DNA of 64,000 nt from a virus. The first letter of the stretch is position 1, and the number at the start of each line of letters is the position of its first letter. The notes under the pieces were generated by a model that saw only the letters and a list, made by a program, of their open reading frames with translations, made no database searches and had not been told where the DNA came from. Location: positions 46,372 to 110,371 of IMG/VR virus record IMGVR_UViG_3300014838_000014; one strand, written 5' to 3'. This document shows, piece after piece, positions 40,408 through 50,189 of the stretch. The position numbers and the translations under genes were made by a program.

Positions 40408-40620
40408 ATGAGCATCAAGGAAGACATTGGACCGAAGCAACTGATCGATGAGGCCGACACGAACGGTATCGCCGTGACGAGCGTGTCAGATGGACACGTG
40501 TTCGTTTTCTCGCGTGATTTCATCAATGAAATGCTTCGCAAGATTAATAATACCGGAATAGACAGGTTCGTCCTCTTTGTGAAGAATCCAAAAGTTGAAG
40601 ACAACAGTAGAAAGAACTGA
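40408..40620 (+). CDS. Hypothetical protein
   Basis: TATGAT ends 6 nt before ATG. Confidence 0.5.
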   Translation: MSIKEDIGPKQLIDEADTNGIAVTSVSDGHVFVFSRDFINEMLRKINNTGIDRFVLFVKNPKVEDNSRKN

Positions 40621-40679
40621 TGTCATAAAACGAAGTGCGTATCGTGTAAAACAACATGGGTTACGTTTCCAGCGCAGAA

Positions 40680-41123
40680 ATGCTAGCGATACGTTCGATT
40701 CCTCCCATGAGTCCATACGGTCTCATTCAGGAGACGCTGTGGCCAGATGGTTGGATGATCATCGTTGCTTGTTCGATGTTGAATTGTACGAGTCGAAAAC
40801 AGGTCGAACGGGTCCTTCCTACGTTCGCTTCGCGCTGGCCAACGCCGAATTCATTGCTTCTTGCTCAAACAAACGACATTATTGATGTCATCAAAAGCTT
40901 AGGCTTCTGCAATAGACGTGCAAAATCTCTCGTTGCAATGTCTCGTGCATACGTTACGAACGAATGGAAGGATGTTCGTGAGTTACCTGGTGTAGGTGAG
41001 TACGCGGCGAGGTCGTACGAAATGTTCGTGTTGGGAAACCTCGGTCACGAACCGCCGAAAGACCACGCATTGACGAAGTACTTCGTTTGGGCAAAGCTAA
41101 ACGCTTCTTGTACGCAACGGTGA
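40680..41123 (+). CDS. MBD4-like HhH-GPD DNA glycosylase (catalytic domain only)
   Basis: SPYGLIQETL..D.W....C..LN.TS, P.P, LG....RAK, EL.GVG.Y...SY..F, P.DH.L.KY..W recall the MBD4 glycosylase domain including catalytic Asp. Confidence 0.82.
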   Translation: MLAIRSIPPMSPYGLIQETLWPDGWMIIVACSMLNCTSRKQVERVLPTFASRWPTPNSLLLAQTNDIIDVIKSLGFCNRRAKSLVAMSRAYVTNEWKDVRELPGVGEYAARSYEMFVLGNLGHEPPKDHALTKYFVWAKLNASCTQR

Positions 41124-41294
41124 TTGTGTTGTACGTTAGTTATAATGGGTGATCCTGACGATGTTGGAGCACAGTATTCATATTGTGATCGGGGGATGGC
41201 TACAACGTTTGATGAAGGAATTCACAACACAGGTGAACGTGTGTTGCAGATCGCTTTGTGATAAATCAGACATAAGAGAATGGTAGAGTGAAAG

Positions 41295-42023
41295 ATGACG
41301 AAGCCGAATAAGACAGAGTTGGTGTTTGTGGTCGATCGTAGCGGATCGATGTCTTCGATCGCGGAAGCGATGTCGCAGGGGTTCAACGAATTCATTGAAA
41401 AGCAAAGAACGTTACCCGGTGAGTGTTTGGTGACCACAGTACAGTTCGATGATGAATATCAAACGTTGTACAACGCGAAACCATTGAATGAGGTTCCGAA
41501 ATACCAGCTTCAACCGAGGGGCACGACCGCATTGCTTGATGCATTGGGTAGCACGATCGATTCCGTTGGACAACGCTTGAGTGCAACGCCGGAGCACGAA
41601 CGACCCAGCCAAGTGCTGTTCATCGTGATCACCGATGGAATGGAGAACTCGTCAAGTGCATATCCAGGCACTGATGGTCGACGCCGCATCATGTCGAAGA
41701 TCGTTCACCAGCGAACCAAGTACGCATGGGAATTCGTGTACCTGGGTGCGAACCAGGACGCAATCGCTGTCGCGGCAGATTTAGGATTCAGTTCCACGAA
41801 CAGCGTTACGTACAGTGCATCGAACGCAGGAACATCAGATCTCATGCGTGGTCTATCTACAAGCGTAGCATCGTACAGATCAAGTGGACAACAGCGGGCT
41901 GAAAATCTTTACAACCAAGCATCGTACGATGATCTACGATTCGACGGTAATGTTGATTTAATCAACGTCAATAATCACATCAACATCATATCACCGAAGT
42001 ACTTTCGTAAAACATCCTCTTAG
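41295..42023 (+). CDS. von Willebrand factor A domain protein
   Basis: DRSGSM MIDAS, TALLDA, ITDG.ENSS, YLGANQDA. Confidence 0.88.
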   Translation: MTKPNKTELVFVVDRSGSMSSIAEAMSQGFNEFIEKQRTLPGECLVTTVQFDDEYQTLYNAKPLNEVPKYQLQPRGTTALLDALGSTIDSVGQRLSATPEHERPSQVLFIVITDGMENSSSAYPGTDGRRRIMSKIVHQRTKYAWEFVYLGANQDAIAVAADLGFSSTNSVTYSASNAGTSDLMRGLSTSVASYRSSGQQRAENLYNQASYDDLRFDGNVDLINVNNHINIISPKYFRKTSS

Positions 42024-42070
42024 ACTCTGCTGTGTAACCACTGAGCCCAAGGTTGTATGATGTGGTTGAC

Positions 42071-42292
42071 ATGACAAAAGAAGAACTGCGTAAACAAGCG
42101 TTGAGCTTCGTTGATATTGATGATGTTGATGATTTTTTAAACGAAGGGAAAATATTCGTGAATGAATGTCGTGAACATGATGAATTGCTTGCGAATCATA
42201 TTCAAGTATTTCTTGAAAAATTGATGACAATCATTGATTATATCAAGGATGAATACGTTCAAACCAACGAGCATGACACGTACGAGGAATGA
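42071..42292 (+). CDS. Hypothetical protein
   Basis: Follows GTGTAA...TATGAT promoter-like motif. Confidence 0.5.
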   Translation: MTKEELRKQALSFVDIDDVDDFLNEGKIFVNECREHDELLANHIQVFLEKLMTIIDYIKDEYVQTNEHDTYEE

Positions 42293-42295
42293 AGG

Positions 42296-42490
42296 ATGCC
42301 AATTCCAAACGTTGACAACGTATTCACTCAGCTAGAAGCTGCGCTGTGTCTGCTCGCTCGAGCGAAGGGCGAAGTGCCTGCGAAGGCATACTTCCTCAAG
42401 CAATCGACGAACGTTAGCGGTCTCATTCTCGATGGTGGAATATTTCAGGTCGTGATCACGGTTCCCGATGAACAAACAAATAAGGAATAG
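42296..42490 (+). CDS. Hypothetical protein
   Basis: Short ORF in operon with GAGGA upstream. Confidence 0.5.
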   Translation: MPIPNVDNVFTQLEAALCLLARAKGEVPAKAYFLKQSTNVSGLILDGGIFQVVITVPDEQTNKE

Positions 42491-42495
42491 CATTC

Positions 42496-42816
42496 ATGGT
42501 CGAGAGGTACGATGCACTGTTTATTAAACGTGATGTACTTGCCAAAATCGATGAACTATTCACGCCGTGGTCGATCGGTCGTCCTGAAACGTGGGTGCCG
42601 AGCCCAGACACGAAGAACCTCATTGCGCTTGGTTATTGGCTCGATGATGAATTGAAGAAGGTTTGCGTTGATGATGCAGATCGCAGGACACAATTGTTGA
42701 AGTTCAATCGTCTATCGAGAACGTACGATATTTGGGAAACTGCGGCGGAGTGCATCAACGATGTAATCGACGGCACCGTGGAAAAGAACCACAAATCCCA
42801 CAGGAGATGGGGATGA
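42496..42816 (+). CDS. Hypothetical protein
   Basis: TAAGGA upstream. Confidence 0.6.
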   Translation: MVERYDALFIKRDVLAKIDELFTPWSIGRPETWVPSPDTKNLIALGYWLDDELKKVCVDDADRRTQLLKFNRLSRTYDIWETAAECINDVIDGTVEKNHKSHRRWG

Positions 42817-43037
42817 ACGACGCCAACAACGATCTACGTATCAACCGCCTCATAAAGGCAGTTCCTGACGTCACGCACCTCATCGGAGACGACGTCAACA
42901 GGACGGCTTCGAAGGTGTTCGGGTACATTTCACAGGCACGCCAATTGCACGGTAATGATGCCGTCATAACGGTCACCGTTAGCGTTCACGTGCCCTCAAA
43001 CAGGTTGCCTGAGCACGTAAAGGAAACCACACCATGA
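42813..43037 (+). CDS. Hypothetical protein
   Basis: ATGA-coupled, SD AGGAG. Confidence 0.5.
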   Translation: MNDANNDLRINRLIKAVPDVTHLIGDDVNRTASKVFGYISQARQLHGNDAVITVTVSVHVPSNRLPEHVKETTP

Positions 43038-43687
43038 ACAAGAACGTCATTGACCAGGTCAATAGTGGGCAGCACGCGAAGTCATACGGAAGGAACTTTA
43101 AACCGTTGATTGCCGCTGGATCATGGACGATATCGGGTTTTCACTACGGTAATTCTCGGTGTGGTTGTTGCATGAGACCCATTCACCACGTTCTTCACCT
43201 AAAGAACTCTTCTCATGCTCAGGCGTTGGAACGAGATCCTCTTTATTCGTTCGCAGAAACGATCGACATCGGCGTCGTGTGTGGACCGAAGGTTTTTATG
43301 GAATCATGCGTCGGCTTCTACACCGATCCAGAACGCGAGTGGGAACGACAGTTCGCTTCATGGAAGGATTACATCAACTACATCGTTCTGTGTGCAAAAG
43401 GAGATGAAATATGGAAGCTCGTTCCAAGCGATGTTCGCACTCGTGTGGATTCATTTCTTGAGGAAGGATATAAGACTCAAGCACACACGGGACCATGGCA
43501 CCTTGTAAAGGACGCCAAGAAGAGGTACCTTAGGTTGAAGAGATCGGCAGAACACGAACCGTTCAAGGGTGCACTGAGCTCGCAGCTACGATCGTTGTTG
43601 TGGACTACTAAAAGACTGTTGATAGTACCAAATTCATGGAACGTTACGTACGATATGGTTCTCGAAAAGAACGAGGAAACAACATGA
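43034..43687 (+). CDS. Hypothetical protein with Cys cluster
   Basis: CGCC.RPI...IG.VC. Confidence 0.65.
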   Translation: MNKNVIDQVNSGQHAKSYGRNFKPLIAAGSWTISGFHYGNSRCGCCMRPIHHVLHLKNSSHAQALERDPLYSFAETIDIGVVCGPKVFMESCVGFYTDPEREWERQFASWKDYINYIVLCAKGDEIWKLVPSDVRTRVDSFLEEGYKTQAHTGPWHLVKDAKKRYLRLKRSAEHEPFKGALSSQLRSLLWTTKRLLIVPNSWNVTYDMVLEKNEETT

Positions 43688-45123
43688 ATTTTGAACGAAA
43701 TCCTGATCTATCCAAGAAGTACGAAGCAGAGGAAAATCATTCGATGAAGACTGACTATGAGTGTCAATGCGAAACTTGCTGGAAATCACGTGTTATGCCG
43801 GCGTTCGTTGAACGTGATGGTGTCCCCGCGGAAGACGCAAAGCTCGCAAAGGAAACGAAGCTGACTCTCACCGGCGAACTTCGACAGTTTCTCAGTCAGT
43901 CACACGTGAAGCGAATGTTCAACCTTGGAAATGAGTTGTTTTCTGCCGCTTCGCCGTTCCTCGATGAACCCACGTGGTGGAATGCCGCGCGGTCGGTGAT
44001 CGCGATGGGCAAAGTCATGGTGGACGACACGGAGATGATCGATGACGAATACTTCGCCGGCGATGAATGGGCTGAACCTTACAGCACAGATTTCAACCAG
44101 ACGTTGCTTCGAGTTCTTCAGAAGTTCCAGTACGAGAAGATCAAAACATCGAACGAAAACATGATCGTTAGGATCGTCACTCTGCCTTGCGGCGTCAAGG
44201 CAGGTTGGACGTGTAACATCAAGAACGATATGATCGATCACATCTACGTCGAAACGGAGGGCCTTGACGAGGCACGAGACGAAATCAAGAAATTGCTGTG
44301 GGAGCAATTCAAGGGAAAATCGTTGGTGATGCGAAAGAACAACCGCGTCATCTTGACGGGCGATGAGGCTCGAGTCGTCTTTGAGGTCGATAATACGTTC
44401 GAAACAAAGCTTTCAAAGCGGGCCATCGAATACGCTTCTTACCTCAAGAAGCCTCTCGACGCCAACGTGTCACGCTCGGTCATGTTTTATGGTCCTCCAG
44501 GAACGGGCAAGTCAACGCTTGCGAGGACGCTCGTAGAACTCATGAACCTTAGATCGTTCAGAATTCGTATCGGTGACCTTGGTGAACTGGATAACTCAAC
44601 GTTGTTCGAAGCAATCAATATATTTGAACCTGACGCCGTCATACTCGACGACTTCGATCGAACGAGCGGTCAGGCACAGTTGCTTGAAACGTTGGAGTTC
44701 TTTCAGCAGAAGGTCAAGCTAGTCATCGTCACGGTGAACAACAAGAATCGCCTCGATGATGCTTTGCTCAGGCCAGGTAGGATCGATGAACTAATCTTGA
44801 TCGATAAGATGGACGAAGAGGTCGTCAAGCACGTGCTCGGTGAGTACGTAGATGGTTACGATCTCGTCAAAGATTGGCCAATTGCATTCATCAATGAGTA
44901 CGTCGTTCGTAGGACGTACCTATCGGTGAAGGACGCAGCTGATTCTGTCACCGAACTAGCGAACCGTGTCGCTGAACTTGATGATTACAGAGAGAGCGAC
45001 AAGGACGACATCGCTCGCATGATGGCAACGTTCAAGAAGAAAATGAAGAAAGGTCGTAAGAATTCAGACGTTCATCCTCCCGTTGTTGTAGATGAGGATG
45101 ATGATGAGGATTATGACAAGTGA
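43684..45123 (+). CDS. AAA+ ATPase (BCS1-like architecture)
   Basis: GPPGTGKS, ILDDFD, ALLRPGRID. Confidence 0.88.
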   Translation: MNFERNPDLSKKYEAEENHSMKTDYECQCETCWKSRVMPAFVERDGVPAEDAKLAKETKLTLTGELRQFLSQSHVKRMFNLGNELFSAASPFLDEPTWWNAARSVIAMGKVMVDDTEMIDDEYFAGDEWAEPYSTDFNQTLLRVLQKFQYEKIKTSNENMIVRIVTLPCGVKAGWTCNIKNDMIDHIYVETEGLDEARDEIKKLLWEQFKGKSLVMRKNNRVILTGDEARVVFEVDNTFETKLSKRAIEYASYLKKPLDANVSRSVMFYGPPGTGKSTLARTLVELMNLRSFRIRIGDLGELDNSTLFEAINIFEPDAVILDDFDRTSGQAQLLETLEFFQQKVKLVIVTVNNKNRLDDALLRPGRIDELILIDKMDEEVVKHVLGEYVDGYDLVKDWPIAFINEYVVRRTYLSVKDAADSVTELANRVAELDDYRESDKDDIARMMATFKKKMKKGRKNSDVHPPVVVDEDDDEDYDK

Positions 45124-45261
45124 GACAGAAGCACTGATTTATACGTCCAATGTCGCAATTACTATGAATGTTTCATCAATGTAGGAAATTGACACCATGA
45201 AAAAAGCCGTAAGTTGAACAGAAGCATCAAACGCGAAGTTGTCACTATGCTAGGAAACTGA

Positions 45262-45534
45262 ATGGCTAGTTATTGGTCGATGACGAATCGTAGCACAACG
45301 GGACTACCTAGTCGTTCCGACAGGTGCACAGAATTCCAACTATACGTTGGTGATAGCATTGTAAACGTCGTCGATTTTACTGCGTGGAGGTTGCTTAGGT
45401 ATGCCGCGATGACGAACGATCCTCAACAGAGGCTCGTTCTGCTAACGATGGTCAATGATTACAAGAGCGGCCACATTGCAGTTGCATGGAAAAATGGAGC
45501 ACCCGTGTACGTCAATGTCACCAAAGATTCGTGA
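45262..45534 (+). CDS. Hypothetical protein
   Basis: Ends IAVAWKNG.PVY. Confidence 0.5.
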   Translation: MASYWSMTNRSTTGLPSRSDRCTEFQLYVGDSIVNVVDFTAWRLLRYAAMTNDPQQRLVLLTMVNDYKSGHIAVAWKNGAPVYVNVTKDS

Positions 45535-45554
45535 TACGTTGTACAATTGCTTCC

Positions 45555-47210
45555 ATGCAGGAAGAGCACGTAACAGGAATAGAATTTGCATCCGACGCAC
45601 GTAAACGATTGTTCAAAGGAATCAAGATCGCGGCAGACTGTGTGTCGGCTACGCTTGGTCCAAAGGGTCACGCGGTTATTATACAACGACAAGGCAAATC
45701 TCCCCTCGTCACACGTGATGGCGTCACCGTCGCTCGATCTTTGAAGCTCAATGATCCCGTTGAACGGATGGGTGCAGAGCTGATCACCGAAGCGGCGGGA
45801 CAGACGAACGACGTTGCAGGAGATGGCACCACAACGTCCACCGTGCTCACGGCCTCACTCATTGAAGGAGGATTGAGGTTGGTCGAGGCAGGCTATTCTA
45901 GCCTCTCAGTGTGTCGTGGAATTGAAGCCGCGGCGACATTGATCGATGCCGAGGTAAAGAGGTTGGCGAAGCAGGTCATCTCATCCGATGAGGTTTCACA
46001 GATCGGCACCATAAGCGCGAACGGCGATAAACAAATCGGCGACCTGATCGCTCAAGCGATGGATAAGGTTGGTCGAGACGGCGTGATCACCGTTGAGGAT
46101 GCCAAGGGAATGATGACCTCGTTGGACGTTGCAGAGGGAATGCAGGTCGATCGAGGGTACGTAAGTCCGTACTTCGTCACCGATCCAGAGCGCATGCGAG
46201 CAGTGTATGAAAATGCGCAAGTTCTCATAACGGACAAAAAGATCGTGACGTTCAATGAACTCATCAAAATACTCGAGCAGTGCAAGCGCGCTCAGCGTCC
46301 GTTGCTCATTGTTGCAGATGATTTTGAAGGCGAAGCGCTTTCTGGTCTCGTTCTCAACCGCGTCAAATCGCAGCTTCCCGTCGTGGCAATCAAGGCACCA
46401 GGCTACGGACAACACAGGCACGAACTGCTCGCGGACATGTGCGTTCTCGTCGGAGCAACGCTCGTGTCGAGCGCGACTGGGTTAACGTTCGATAACGTAA
46501 CGTTCGATAAGTTGGGCACGTGCAAGCGTTTCATAACAGATGCAAAATCAACGACGATCGTTGGATCGGGTTCGACGATGCAAGCCGTTCAGGATCACGT
46601 TGCAGAGCTCAGAAAGCAGCTAGAGGATGTCACGTTGGCTCAGGATGATGCGACGAAGCTTCGCATGCGTGCTGCTAGGTTGGCATCAGGCGTTGCCATC
46701 ATCAAGGTCGGTGGTACGACAGAAATAGAGATGAACGAACGAAAGTTCCGCATCGAGGACGCATTGAATGCGACGAAGGCTGCCATTGAAGAAGGCATCG
46801 TGCCTGGCGGTGGCATGGCTTTGTTCAATGCGGTCAGGTCCGTGAGAGCTCAACTGGAAAACGTGAAATCAAGCGCAGATCCCAACGAATTCATGGGTTG
46901 CAATGCGTTGCTTGATGCATGCACATCGCCGTTACGTCGCATCGTTTCCAATGCTGGTCAGACGCCTGGCGTCATCATCGCCGAACTAGAGCGAGCCAAC
47001 TCGTTGGCGCCCATAGCGATTGATGGATACGGATACAACGCTGCAACGGGGGAGTACTGTGATCTAGTCACGACGGGAGTGATAGACCCGGTCAAGGTAA
47101 CGCGCACTGCATTGAAGAACGCAGTCTCCGTCGCGGTGACGTTTCTATCACTAGACGCTGTCGTCTACGATGAAACACCGAACAAAAGGAACGATGATGA
47201 AGAAGAATAA
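45555..47210 (+). CDS. groEL: Chaperonin GroEL-like
   Basis: TLGPKG, DGVTVA, AGDGTTT, EGMQ.DRGY.SPYF, KAPGYG, EEGIVPGGG, GVIDP.KV.R.AL; acidic tail instead of GGM. Confidence 0.95.
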   Translation: MQEEHVTGIEFASDARKRLFKGIKIAADCVSATLGPKGHAVIIQRQGKSPLVTRDGVTVARSLKLNDPVERMGAELITEAAGQTNDVAGDGTTTSTVLTASLIEGGLRLVEAGYSSLSVCRGIEAAATLIDAEVKRLAKQVISSDEVSQIGTISANGDKQIGDLIAQAMDKVGRDGVITVEDAKGMMTSLDVAEGMQVDRGYVSPYFVTDPERMRAVYENAQVLITDKKIVTFNELIKILEQCKRAQRPLLIVADDFEGEALSGLVLNRVKSQLPVVAIKAPGYGQHRHELLADMCVLVGATLVSSATGLTFDNVTFDKLGTCKRFITDAKSTTIVGSGSTMQAVQDHVAELRKQLEDVTLAQDDATKLRMRAARLASGVAIIKVGGTTEIEMNERKFRIEDALNATKAAIEEGIVPGGGMALFNAVRSVRAQLENVKSSADPNEFMGCNALLDACTSPLRRIVSNAGQTPGVIIAELERANSLAPIAIDGYGYNAATGEYCDLVTTGVIDPVKVTRTALKNAVSVAVTFLSLDAVVYDETPNKRNDDEEE

Positions 47211-47556
47211 ACACGATTCGGTCCTCGTTGACGTCGTTGAATCAAGCAACGTTGACTGGTCAAGCGTGACGAACGAAGAAGGACTGCGATTGGGCATTTT
47301 GTTCGGTGAACTACGTGAACTAGAAACTAAGGCGAAGGCCTCAAATAACGTACGTAACGAAGCAATGCTCAATTTTGTCGTCATCACGCTGATGTTGTTA
47401 TTTAAAACATCGATTTTGTTTCCTTTGGTATGGCTCGCCTTCGTGCTGTGTCGTGACGTCGTAAACTCTATGATGTTATCATCGATCGTCAAGATGCAAG
47501 TTGACACCGTGAGCGAGAACATCGATGATGTTGCAAAGAAGCATCCATTGAAATAA
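47194..47556 (+). CDS. Hypothetical membrane protein
   Basis: Two hydrophobic segments. Confidence 0.5.
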   Translation: MMKKNKHDSVLVDVVESSNVDWSSVTNEEGLRLGILFGELRELETKAKASNNVRNEAMLNFVVITLMLLFKTSILFPLVWLAFVLCRDVVNSMMLSSIVKMQVDTVSENIDDVAKKHPLK

Positions 47557-47585
47557 ACAATGCCCTTCACTGAATACGTAGATGA

Positions 47586-47885
47586 ATGAGGATAACGATC
47601 GGTGAACTCAAGAGATACGTGCTTCGAGAGTTCGGCGTGGATGACACGTTGAGGCACGAGGCTGGATTCTTCATGGCAGGCGGCGTAAGCGCCGGAGACC
47701 GTGATCGAGAGGCATCGTTGGTGGATCCACCCCCTGGTTTGGGTGGTGGCGAGGATGATGAACTAGAAAAGAAAAGAGACAACGACGATTATGAAGAGCA
47801 AAGCAAGGGACAACCAGGAACAAGGGTTTCAGACAGGCGAGGAGGAGAGGCAGGATCGCCTGGAGCTAAATGGCGTCGTAGATGA
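47586..47885 (+). CDS. Hypothetical protein with leader motif
   Basis: MRITIGELKRYVLRE; ATACGTA upstream. Confidence 0.6.
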   Translation: MRITIGELKRYVLREFGVDDTLRHEAGFFMAGGVSAGDRDREASLVDPPPGLGGGEDDELEKKRDNDDYEEQSKGQPGTRVSDRRGGEAGSPGAKWRRR

Positions 47886-48057
47886 AGCGCTTCCTGGAAC
47901 GTTGTTTAAGGTAAAATGCACCGCTGAACACACCGTACTGTGTACGTTGGGTGGAAAGCTACGAAAAAACAGAATTCGTTTGCTAGTTGGTGACAGCGTA
48001 CGTATTGAAGTGTCGCCCTATGACCTCTCTCGGGGTAGGGTCGTGTGGAGATCGTAG
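47791..48057 (+). CDS. infA: Translation initiation factor IF-1
   Basis: G.V.EALP...F.V.......VL...GK.R.N.IR.L.GD.V..E.SPYDL.RGR...R. Confidence 0.9.
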   Translation: MKSKARDNQEQGFQTGEEERQDRLELNGVVDEALPGTLFKVKCTAEHTVLCTLGGKLRKNRIRLLVGDSVRIEVSPYDLSRGRVVWRS

Positions 48058-48272
48058 CAACGATTACGCGGTGAATCTTTTAGTTCAATGGGTGTATGAT
48101 GATCTCATATGAATTTTATTGTTTACTTGTTGTTTGGAGCAGCGATAACGCTAATTGTTTTAAACACGTTGGGTGATGATGCATCCACGAGGATGACTGT
48201 CGTGTTATGGATGTTCGCTGCAACAATGGTGTTCATGCACAGAACGAACGACGAAAAGGATAAGTAATCGTC

Positions 48273-48614
48273 ATGAAAACAACGATTGGCGAACTACGTA
48301 GGCTCGTGAAGGAAGCTTCGCGCAACAGCGAAACATCTCACGGCGATGCAAACGTGGGCGAGTGGTACGTTACTCGAGATACGCGTGGCCACGAACAGGT
48401 TGAGAAACTCACGGGAATACGCGTGGATGATTCCGGCACGTGGGTCAACATGAGACATCCCGAGGGTTTCTCACAAGAAATGCTATATGATAGATGGTTG
48501 GAAAACACCGTCGGCGTTGCAACGCCTGAACAGGTCGCCATGGCGAAAGCGCGCGCGGAAAAGAAACGTGAATGGATGAGCAAGGAAATCAATACGTCGC
48601 GTGAAGGAACGTAA
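48273..48614 (+). CDS. Hypothetical protein with leader motif
   Basis: MKTTIGELRRLVKEA. Confidence 0.6.
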   Translation: MKTTIGELRRLVKEASRNSETSHGDANVGEWYVTRDTRGHEQVEKLTGIRVDDSGTWVNMRHPEGFSQEMLYDRWLENTVGVATPEQVAMAKARAEKKREWMSKEINTSREGT

Positions 48615-49341
48615 AACAGCGAACGTTAGCTGAACGTTGAAACATCGTCCTCTCCGGCAGCACGAACGCGTGCAACTTCATACCGAAGACTGCACCGCCA
48701 TCGATTCCTGCAAGGTGTTCCGTCACCAACGGCCTGTCGAACACGCTGTGACCAAACACGACCAATTCAGGTCCGTTCCAAAAGTTAGTCCAAAACATCC
48801 AGCGATCGCGTTCGTTTGCAGGAACCTTGCTCGGCCACAACGTCGTCGTGTTCCAAGCGATGTTTCCATAATCGTCCGTGTTCCATGGACATATCGATTG
48901 AATGTGCAACAGGTGATGCGAGTTCTGCGCTTCGATGGGAACGTATGGAAAGACACCTGCGTGAACGATGATAGCATTGTGTTCTGGTAATCTGATGTAG
49001 AGAGGCATGCTCTCGAACCAAGCGTAGTGCTCAGGTCTAAGCTGTCCCCGCGTCACGACGTGTGTGTGAGGTAAAGGTCTGCTGAACGTGTTGGTGTTCC
49101 TGAACTCGTGCTCGTGCTCGATGTGTTTGCTTTCATGGTTGCCTAGAACGCACGAACGTATGCCTTGTTTTTTCTCGATCTCCATCACGAGGTCAACGCA
49201 GCCCGCGCTGTTGGGTCCCCTATCAACCAAGTCACCGACGAAGAAGATGCGGTCACCGGGCATCACCTTGCACTTATCAAGCAACGCCTTCGTTTCTTCT
49301 AAGCACCCGTGAAGATCACCTATGATGATGTCTCTGCTCAC
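48589..49341 (-). CDS. Metallophosphoesterase (PrpE/ApaH-like)
   Basis: GDLHG, GDLVDRG, GNHE, HAG, FGH, IDGG..FG. Confidence 0.9.
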   Translation of the reverse strand: MSRDIIIGDLHGCLEETKALLDKCKVMPGDRIFFVGDLVDRGPNSAGCVDLVMEIEKKQGIRSCVLGNHESKHIEHEHEFRNTNTFSRPLPHTHVVTRGQLRPEHYAWFESMPLYIRLPEHNAIIVHAGVFPYVPIEAQNSHHLLHIQSICPWNTDDYGNIAWNTTTLWPSKVPANERDRWMFWTNFWNGPELVVFGHSVFDRPLVTEHLAGIDGGAVFGMKLHAFVLPERTMFQRSANVRCFTFLHATY

Positions 49342-49619
49342 TTAAACGTTCCCTTCGCTGCAACCTTCACTCCACGTGGTTTAGAAACGAGCAACGTAAA
49401 ATCGCTTGATGGCGGAGGTTGTTGCCGCAAACCACGAATGCTTAAAGAAACGTCCTGATAAGAGCTACCTGTCACTGTCAATAACGTGCACATAAACGGT
49501 TGCATTGACACGGCGTGTGCATTCAGCATCGCAACTGAACCAGTCGCCAACGGACCGGTGCTTGACCATTGCGTAACGGTGCCTGAAACGATGAATGGCG
49601 AGCTTGGTGACTGAGGCAT
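49338..49619 (-). CDS. Hypothetical protein (likely leaderless)
   Basis: TTGAAC-N17-TACAAT ends 6 nt before ATG 49619. Confidence 0.5.
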   Translation of the reverse strand: MPQSPSSPFIVSGTVTQWSSTGPLATGSVAMLNAHAVSMQPFMCTLLTVTGSSYQDVSLSIRGLRQQPPPSSDFTLLVSKPRGVKVAAKGTFK

Positions 49620-49669
49620 GTGAGAATTGTACAACAACAATCCGCTTCGTTCAAGCACCTACTTACTAT

Positions 49670-50008
49670 GTGAAGATCAGGTTACGTGCTCTGCGTAGCA
49701 TCATTCGTGAAGTCATTTTAATCAATGAAGTCGGTTCGAATGGTTCGTTTCCCGGACAACCGTACGGTCGCAACGTGCTATCGCCCGACATCAATGCTCG
49801 CGAACAGATCGGTGCGTTGACTGCGAAGGCAATGGACACTGTTGGCGACGACGACGCTCTTCCTGATCACCTACGTGATCCAAAGGTATCGCCTGAGGAC
49901 TGCTTAGGTCCCGTTGGCAAGTACAAGATAGATCCTCCATACGTTGGTCAGGACCCGTTCGCAAGAGACGTTGGTGTGCTTCCTACGTCATCGATTCGTA
50001 GAGGGTAG
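49670..50008 (+). CDS. Hypothetical protein with leader motif
   Basis: GTG start, KIRLRALRSIIREVILINE; CTACTTA upstream. Confidence 0.6.
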   Translation: MKIRLRALRSIIREVILINEVGSNGSFPGQPYGRNVLSPDINAREQIGALTAKAMDTVGDDDALPDHLRDPKVSPEDCLGPVGKYKIDPPYVGQDPFARDVGVLPTSSIRRG

Positions 50009-50189
50009 GTTCATCCATTCAACGAACGCGGGACGATTGGCTGTCAAACCGTGGGCCGTCGATGCCGGTATCGGTATTCCAAGCACAACAACGTGATAAG
50101 ACCGATGAGTATCGTCCAAAAGAACGGGTTTTCATGAACCTGCATCGCGCTTCTCCTGTTGAATGTGATCATCGATGATACGTACTTCA

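Noticed and set aside
45555-48057. Bacterial chromosome origin suggested by groEL, infA, dnaE and orn
   Set aside because: No groES or ribosomal context; surrounded by gp42, endolysin, homing endonucleases and dense small ORFans typical of jumbo phages.
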